Source: Octopus sinensis (Eukaryota). Taken from it: 17,942 bases of DNA. Both the position numbers and the translations under genes were made by a program. Under the pieces are notes generated by a model. The model had not been told where the DNA came from. It worked only from the letters and a program-made list of their open reading frames with translations, and ran no database searches. How positions within the stretch are numbered: position 1 is the stretch's first letter; each line of letters starts with the position of its first letter. The stretch is taken from assembly GCF_006345805.1 (NCBI RefSeq), contig NW_021824545.1:1-17942 (forward strand), given 5' to 3'. Positions 1-6,580 of the stretch are shown here, in pieces.

Positions 1-100
1 GAAATTTTGGGAGAGGGGGGCCAGTGAATTAGATCGACTCCAGTGCGCAACTGGTACTTAATTTATCGACCTCGAAAGGATGAAAGGCAAAGTCGACCTC
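1..100 (-). mobile_element. Partial SINE copy (family A), truncated by the window edge
   Basis: Reverse complement contains GAGGTCGACTTTGCCTTTCATCCTTTCGAGGTCGATAAATTAAGTACCAGTTGCGCACTGG, matching 116-332, 15544-15771 and 16075-16466. Confidence 0.85.
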
Positions 101-115
101 ACCGCCTAAACGAGA

Positions 116-332
116 ATCTTTTCTACTCTAGGCACAAGGCCCGAAATTTTTAGGAATGGGGGTCAATCAATTAGATCAACCCCAGTATGCAACTGGTGGT
201 TAATTTATCGACCCTGAGAGGATGAAAGGCAAAGTGCACTTCGGCGGAATTTGAACTCAGAACCTAAAGACAGACGAAATACCGCTAAGCATTTCGCCCA
301 GCGTGCTAACGTTTCTGCTATCTCGCCACCTT
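116..332 (-). mobile_element. tRNA-derived SINE (family A), near full length
   Basis: Minus strand starts GGTGGCGAGATAGCAGAAACGTTAGCACG, has B-box-like GAGTTCAAATTCC, central GCCTTTCATCCT..GGGTCGATAAATTAA and ends GGGCCTTGTGCCTAGAGTAGAAAAGA, the same tail as 16442-16466. Confidence 0.85.
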
Positions 333-850
333 ATGATACAAATTTATTGATACTGTACCACTCAAAGTACTAATCAGTGCAAGGTACCTGTACGCTGCGA
401 TGGCGGTAATTTGAAGGTCCTGCTCGTAAATTAGTGCAGTTTATAAGAGGTCCCGGACCATCAATGTCTACATTGGAATTGCAGTCGCTGGTAGAATTAA
501 TAGAGCATCAGATAAACATATCTTGCACCATATGATCACGTCTGCTTATTCTCCAAGTTCAATTCTCACCGTGGTGGAGCTTACATTTTATGATTTCATA
601 ATTTTCATGATTGGTCCGGCTGAACTGCTCACTCGACTTGGCACAAAAAAGTGCTTTAATCTCAAACAAGTCACACCACAACGTCTTAGAACACGCATTA
701 GATTAAAATAGCCACCTGTGTATTGTACTTAATGCAAATACTTTGCAAAAAAAAAAAGGCAAATTAACTGCAGTGTTCGTCCAGAATATTCATCTGATGG
801 ATTCATTGTATTTGAAAATGCAAATATATCAATAGCTAAGGAAATTCATC

Positions 851-1262
851 CAGCAGCAGCAGCAGCAGCAGCAGAAGAAGAAGAAGAAGAAGAAGAAGAA
901 GAGGATGAAGAAGAAGAAGAAAAAGAAGAAGAAGGAGAAGAAGAAGAAGGAGAAGAAGAGGATGAAGTAAAAGAAGAAGAAGGAGAAGAAGAAGAAGAAA
1001 AAGAAGAAGAAAAAGAAGAAGAAGGAGAAGAAGAAAAGAAGAAGAAGAAGAAGGAGAAGAAGAAGAAGAAGAGGATGAAGAAGAAGAAGAAGAAGAAGAG
1101 GATGAAGAAGAAGAAAAAGAAGAAGAAGGAGAAGAAGAAGAAGAAGAAGAAGGAGGAGAAGAAGAAGAAGAAGAAGAAGGGGAAGAAGAAGAAGAAGAAG
1201 AAGAAGAAGAAAAAGACAGCAACAACAACAGTTACAACAACAACAACAACGATAACAACAAC
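851..1262. repeat. Compound trinucleotide microsatellite (CAG)n-(GAA/GAG)n-(CAA)n
   Basis: Directly visible; accounts for the poly-L/S/K ORFs at 829-1314. Confidence 0.97.
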
Positions 1263-1416
1263 ACATTATTAGATGAACAAGAAGTGTTCCAATCATTGTG
1301 CTCCAAAGAAGCAAGCATCGAAGAGACGCACCGCCAACACCGACACCTATTCATCAATACCATATTCATGCCATGTATAGAAACGGGTTATATAATTCAC
1401 TAACAATTTATGTATG

Positions 1417-1448
<32 letters not shown>

Positions 1449-1449
1449 A

Positions 1450-1840
1450 CTAGCAGTATCGCCCGGCGTTGCTCGGGTTTGTAAGGGAAATAACTATACA
1501 GCATTTTTAGAGAGTTATAGCCAAAAAATAACCAAAAAATGCATTAAATATGGAAAAAAATATGATGGTAATTTTTTTAAAAATCGTTGACTCATCGTAG
1601 ACATTTTTAGAGAGTTACTTCCCTTTAAAAAAATATGCATGAAAATGGAAAAAAATGATGGTAAATTATTTTTAAAATCGTAGACTCATCGTAGACAAGC
1701 GCTAATACCCAGAAGGGCTCGATATGAATCACGACTATAAGATACCCGGTTTTGGTTAAACTGCACCGCAAAATGTGGGAGTAGTTAGGAATCTAAATCG
1801 AAGGGGACAGACACTCACACAACTACAGTTTTATATATAA

Positions 1841-1843
<3 letters not shown>
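1450..1843 (-). mobile_element. Non-autonomous Helitron (~394 bp) inserted in (TA)n
   Basis: Minus strand begins A^TCTTTATATATAAAA (TC at 1843-1842) and ends with the GC-rich hairpin CCCGAGCAACGCCGGG followed by CTAG^T (1453-1450): canonical Helitron termini, A^T target, no TSD. Homologous along its length to 4744-5131. Confidence 0.85.
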
Positions 1844-1875
<32 letters not shown>

Positions 1876-1943
1876 GGAGTAAACACATAAATGTGAAACA
1901 AGGTGGAAAAAAGAGTACTCAAATACCAGTGTAGAGTAATATG

Positions 1944-2095
1944 CTTTATTTAAAGCAGCAGAAAATTCAACAAAACCTGTTACTCTGAGTTCCCGTTGCC
2001 GTTCATCGGACAGTTTTTGCTAGAATGTCCGATGAACGGCAACGAGAAACTCAGAGTAACAGGTTTTGTTGAATTTTCTGCTGCTTTAAATAAAG
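1944..2095. repeat. Near-perfect inverted repeat: arms 1944-2012 and 2026-2095, 13-bp spacer
   Basis: Right arm TGTCCGATGAACGGCAACGAGAAACTCAGAGTAACAGGTTTTGTTGAATTTTCTGCTGCTTTAAATAAAG is the reverse complement of the left arm except for one substitution and one indel. Confidence 0.96.
2026..2061 (+). ncRNA. Minimal type-I hammerhead-ribozyme-like motif (core variant CCGAUGA)
   Basis: UGU-CCGAUGA-ACG(GCAA)CGA-GAAA-CUCAGAG-UA-ACA: helix I UGU/ACA, helix II with GNRA loop, GAAA, self-complementary helix III, GUA cleavage triplet. A second copy lies on the minus strand at 1971-2019. Confidence 0.55.
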
Positions 2096-2380
2096 TATAT
2101 ATAAATATATATATTAATTGCGAAATCACAGGTGATATGTAACTAAATTCTTTTTTTAAATGATTTGCTTTGAAGTTTTGCATTCGGTAAAATTTTGTTT
2201 ATTTTAGTAGTTTTGACCGCATTGGTCCCTCTTAGCGTCTGGTATCTACGAATAGTAGTACCCTCAATATAATATAGATAAATATTTTCAAAGTGGAAAA
2301 ATTTACGGATTTTTTCTCTTACGAGGTTTTTCACGCTAACTACTGATAATTTCTTTTAAAGATTTTATCCTCAATTGTTA

Positions 2381-2501
<121 letters not shown>

Positions 2502-2939
2502 GTTCAAGCCTTTTCCTTCGTTTCTTTCCATTAAAGGTATTAATATGCAATTCAATATTGACTCATGTCATCAAACATTGTTTTGGCAATTTTTCAATGG
2601 AGCAACGCCTCATCTTCATATCGGGTGTTTTCTCTTTTCTTTCGTCCCATGTGTCTTATAATACCATATCATTATGATACCCAGAGGACACCATGTGATA
2701 TCCTCTATGTTTTGGTTGATAAACAATCCAATACTTCTTATTCTTTTTCTATATTTTCTTTGTGAAAGAAGATATATTTGTTTGACATGTTCTGGGTGTG
2801 TCTTCCACATGGAATCGGTGCAGGGCGTCTGTTCTTTGCAATGACATACTTTACCATTCAACATTTCAGAATATGTCAATTGAACTCGTTACTAATGCGA
2901 ATTTTCAATATTCCCTTCTCTCTGCTTCTTTCGCCATTT

Positions 2940-3250
2940 CTACCTTCGTCTCCTCCTTATTCCACCCCTCTTCTGCCATTCTCTTCCCACTCCTCCTCTT
3001 AATCCTCCTTTCATTATTGTCTTCTCCTCCTCCTTCGCCCCTCCTCTCCCTCCTCTCCCTCCTCTTCTCCTCTCCACCCCTCCTAGTCTCTTCTCCTCTC
3101 TCCCCTTTTCTCCCCCCTCTCCCTCCTCTTCTTCTCCCCCGCCCCCTCCCCCTCATCTCCTCCTCCTCCCCATCCATCCTCCCCTCCCTCCCTTCATCTC
3201 TCTCCCCTCCCCCTCATCATGGTTTCTGACGCATTCTCCCCCCCCCCGCC
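2940..3250. repeat. Polypyrimidine (C/T-rich) low-complexity tract
   Basis: Nearly all C/T on the plus strand, with many C3-C9 runs. Confidence 0.9.
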
Positions 3251-3664
3251 GCCGCCACCAACACAACCAACACCGCTATAATCGTCGTCGTCGACGGCTA
3301 CATTGTTCTCGTTGCAGAAAATTAATTTTCAAATAAATTTTTTCTATTTACTGTGTGTGCGTCTGTGAACATTTTCCGTGTAAAAGTTACCTAATCAAAC
3401 GTGAACATTGCATCTTATAATGTGAACATTGCATCTTGATATTTTATATCTATATATATAAAAGTGAAGTTGTGTGAGTGTCTGTCTCCTACGATTTAGA
3501 TTCCTAACTACTCCCACATTTTGCGGTGCAGTTTAACCAAAACTGGGTATCTTATAGTCGTGATTCATATCGAGCCCTTCTGGGTATTAGCGTGCGTCTA
3601 CGATGAGTCTACGATTTTAAAAATAATTTACCATCATTTTTTTCCATTTTAAAGCATATTTTTT

Positions 3665-4742
3665 TGGGTTCTTCCAATTTTTTCGTGTGTCGATGGCGGC
3701 GGAGTTGGCTTCCATGCTCACACCTGCACTTGTGTTGCTTCTCCCCCTTCTTCCCTCCCTCGTGAAGCTGTGGGGAAGGGAGTGTAAGGAAATCAACGTC
3801 GTAAAGCGTTGTCAAGGAGACCAGCGTTCTTTTAGAACAACGACTTCATGGCTTGAAGACACCAAAACAGAAATGGCTAAGAAAGCCCGAAAGCAAATTC
3901 TACAAAATCGGGAAACACGCCACACAGGGAAGGCTTCCCGTGCAAATAATTTGCACAACCGAATGTTATAGTTGTTGCACAACTTTTACTTAAAAAATAT
4001 TATCCAAACAAACTTTTGAAGGCAATATTGTATGGCGATGGTACTTGTGAAATATGGTAATGGATTTAGTAGCCAAAAGGAGAGAGCAGAGGCATAGTAT
4101 GGTGGTGGTGGAGGCGGTGGTAGTGGCAGCGGTGGTGGCGGTGGTGCTGGTAGTGGTGATATGGTCGTGGTCGTGGTGGTCGTCGTGTTTGTGGTGGTGG
4201 TGGTGGTGTTGTTGTTGTTGTTGGTGGTGGTCGTGGTGGTGGGGGTGGTGATGATGGTGGTGGTCGTGGTGGTGGTGATGATGGTGGTGGTCGTGGTGGT
4301 CTTCGTGATGGTGGTGGCGATGGTGGTGGTGATGGTCATGGGCGTAGTAGTGGTGTTGGTCATGGTGGTAGTGGTGATGGTGTTGGTCGTGGTGGTGGTG
4401 GTGGTGGTGGTGGTGGCTGAAGCTGTCGTCTGGGTTCTTCCAATTTTTTCGTGTGTCGGTGGCGGCGTTGGCGTTCATGCTCGCACCTGCACCTGTGTAG
4501 CTTCTCCCCTTCTTCCCTCCCTCGTGAAGCTGTGGGGAAGGCAGGGTAGGGAAATCAACGTCGTAAAGCTTGGTCAAGGAGACCAGCGTTCTTTTAGAAC
4601 AACGACTTCATGGCTTGAAGTCGCCAAAACAGAAATCGCTAAAAAAGCTGAAACAGATCCACAAAAACGGCAAAAACCGCCACACAGGGCAGGTTTCCTG
4701 TGCAAACAATTTGCACAACCGAATGTTTTAGTTGTTGCACAA
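3665..4742 (+). repeat. ~320-bp diverged direct duplication (about 3665-3982 and 4431-4742) inside the Helitron
   Basis: Both copies run from TGGGTTCTTCCAATTTTTTCGTGTGTCG through GGAGACCAGCGTTCTTTTAGAACAACGACTTCATGGCTTGAAG to GTTGTTGCACAA. Confidence 0.93.
4099..4416. repeat. Degenerate (GGT)n microsatellite
   Basis: Directly visible; source of the poly-V/T/H ORFs. Confidence 0.95.
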
Positions 4743-4743
4743 A

Positions 4744-5131
4744 TCTTTATATATAAAAGTGAAGTTGTGTGTCTGTCTCCTACGATTTAGATTCCTAACT
4801 ACTCCCACATTTTGCGGTGCAGTTTAACCAAAACCGGGTATCTTATAGTCATGATTCATATCGAGCCCTTCTGGGTATTAGCGCGCGTCTACGATGAGTC
4901 TACGATTTAAAAAAAAATTTACCATCATTTTTTTCCATTTTAATGCATTTTTTCGCTATTATATAAGGGAAGTAACTCTCTAAAAATGCCTACGATGAGT
5001 CAACGATTTAAAAGAAAAATTACTATCATTTTTTATTCCATTTTTAATGCATTTTTTGGCTATAACTCTCTAAAAATGCTTATATAGTTATTTCCCTTAC
5101 AAACCCTAGCAACGCCGGGCGATACTGCTAG
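4744..5131 (+). mobile_element. Complete short non-autonomous Helitron (~388 bp)
   Basis: A^TCTTTATATATAAAAG start; end CCCTAGCAACGCCGGGCGATACTGCTAG^T; inverted homolog of 1450-1843. Confidence 0.87.
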
Positions 5132-5309
5132 TGATTTATATAACTAGATGTGAAATTTCTGACAACGTATGTGATCATTCTTCTATCAGATGTGAACATG
5201 AGACGCGAACATTGTTTCACACGTGGACATTATGTTATTAGATGTGCACATTTTGTCATCGAATGTAAACATTCTGTGTGGACATTGTCACAGATGTGAA
5301 CATTGTTAT

Positions 5310-5482
5310 AGGCGCAGGAGTGGCCGTGTGGTAAGTAGCTTGCTTACCAACCACATGGTTCTGGGTTCATTCCCACTGCATGGCACTTTAGGCATGTGTC
5401 TTCTACTATAGCCTCTGGCCGACCAAAGTTTTGTGAATGGATTTGGTGGACGGAAACTGAAAAGAAGACCATCGTATATATA

Positions 5483-5532
<50 letters not shown>

Positions 5533-5733
5533 TGTGTCTGTGTTTGTCCCCCCAACATCGCTTGACAACCGATGCTGGTGTGTTTACGTCCCCGTAACTT
5601 AGCAGTTCGGCAAAAAGAGCCCGATAGAATAAGTACTAGTCTTACAAAGAATAAGTCCTGGGTTCAATTTGCTCGACTAAAGGTGGTGCTCCAGCATGGC
5701 CGCAGTCAAATGACTGAAACAAGTAAAAGAGAG
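5310..5733 (+). mobile_element. tRNA-derived SINE (family B) with internal (TG)n
   Basis: A-box-like GTGGCCGTGTGGTAAG, B-box-like GGGTTCATTCCC, internal (TG)n at ~5486-5536, tail GGTGCTCCAGCATGGCCGCAGTCAAATGACTGAAACAAGTAAAAGA; interrupts the 21-bp minisatellite. Confidence 0.8.
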
Positions 5734-5816
5734 GTATGAACATTCTGTCATCAGATCGGGATCATTATATTGACAGATGTGAATAGTATTTGATCATTGT
5801 GTCACGTGAACGTTAT

Positions 5817-6203
5817 GGAAGCACTCCGTTGGTTACGACGACGAGGGTTCCGGTTGATCCGAATCAACGGAACAGCCTGCTCGTGAAATTAACGTGTAAG
5901 TGGCTGAGCACTCCACAGACACGTGTACCCTTAACGTAGTTCTCGGGGATATTCAGCGTGACACAGAGAGTGACAAGGCCGGCCCTTTGAAATACAGGTA
6001 CAACAGAAACAGGAAGTAAGAGTGAGAGAAAGTTGTGGTGAAAGAGTACATCAGGGATCACCACCATCCCTGCCGGAGCCTCGTGGAACTTTCATGTGTT
6101 TTCGCTCAATAAACACTTACAACGCCCGGTCTGGGAATCGAAACCGCGATCCTATGACCGCGAGTCCGCTGCCCTAACCACTGGGCCATTGCGCCTCCAC
6201 TTA
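5817..6203 (-). mobile_element. tRNA(Arg-like)-derived SINE (family C), full length with 13-bp TSD
   Basis: Minus strand has A-box TGGCCCAGTGG, anticodon-like CTCGC and B-box-like GGTTTCGATTCCC; TSD ACGTGAACGTTAT at 5804-5816 and 6204-6216; homolog of 10193-10547. Confidence 0.92.
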
Positions 6204-6580
6204 ACGTGAACGTTATATCGCAGCTTTCAACATTCTGTCATCAGATAGAGCTCTGTATGTTAATAGATGTCAAGCGTTGTTATCAAATATCAATACCATG
6301 CACTACCGGTGAAGGACCTCTGTTTCCGTACGTCTCATTAATTGTCTCCAGATTTTCTGTAACTTTAAACTAATGTGAGACAAATATCGTTAGGATTGAA
6401 AGTCACGCTACATCAAGTAACTTTTCCCATCATTTCCCGCAGGAAATAATAAACTCAGCACTGCAAACCTCAAGCAACACATAAGTGTTACTATGCTGTT
6501 CCTGATGTTTACAGCTATGGATTGTACATCCATGTGACACCTATCCATAGTGATGTGGAAGAAGTTGCTGAGAGATAAGA

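Larger units (their letters stand above)
1873..2095 (-). mobile_element. Probable Penelope-like element pLTR remnant with partial inverted duplication
   Basis: Flanked by (TA)n; contains the 1944-2095 palindrome; each arm has a hammerhead-like motif followed by AATAAA. Minimal hammerheads and inverted pLTR arrangements are known for Penelope-like elements; the family assignment is inferred. Confidence 0.5.
3449..5131 (+). mobile_element. Composite non-autonomous Helitron (5' end at 3449, internal duplicated cargo, complete short copy supplying the 3' end)
   Basis: A^TCTATATATATAAAAGTGAAG start at 3449; the first ~215 bp match the 5' half of the short Helitron; the only hairpin plus CTAG^T terminus is at 5104-5131. 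Confidence 0.7.
3364..6290. repeat. Degenerate ~21-bp minisatellite (approx. GATGTGAACATTCTGTCATCA) surviving as four segments: ~3364-3440, ~5147-5309, ~5734-5816, ~6204-6290
   Basis: Recurrent GTGAACATT / ACATTCTGTCATCAGAT at about 21-bp spacing on both sides of the Helitron and of two SINE insertions. Confidence 0.7.

Noticed and set aside
829-1314. Poly-L/S/K ORFs
   Set aside because: Translations of the GAA microsatellite.
2616-3002. Possible decayed reverse-transcriptase motif (CLPHGIGAGRLFF on plus; GV/CPLGII on minus)
   Set aside because: Only a few residues resemble GVPQGS-type motifs and no YxDD follows; needs BLASTX before any call.
3609-4790. ORFs up to 209 aa, including His-rich and Val-rich ones
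   Set aside because: Derived from (GGT)n and Helitron cargo; indels between the duplicated blocks shift frames; no RepHel motifs recognisable.
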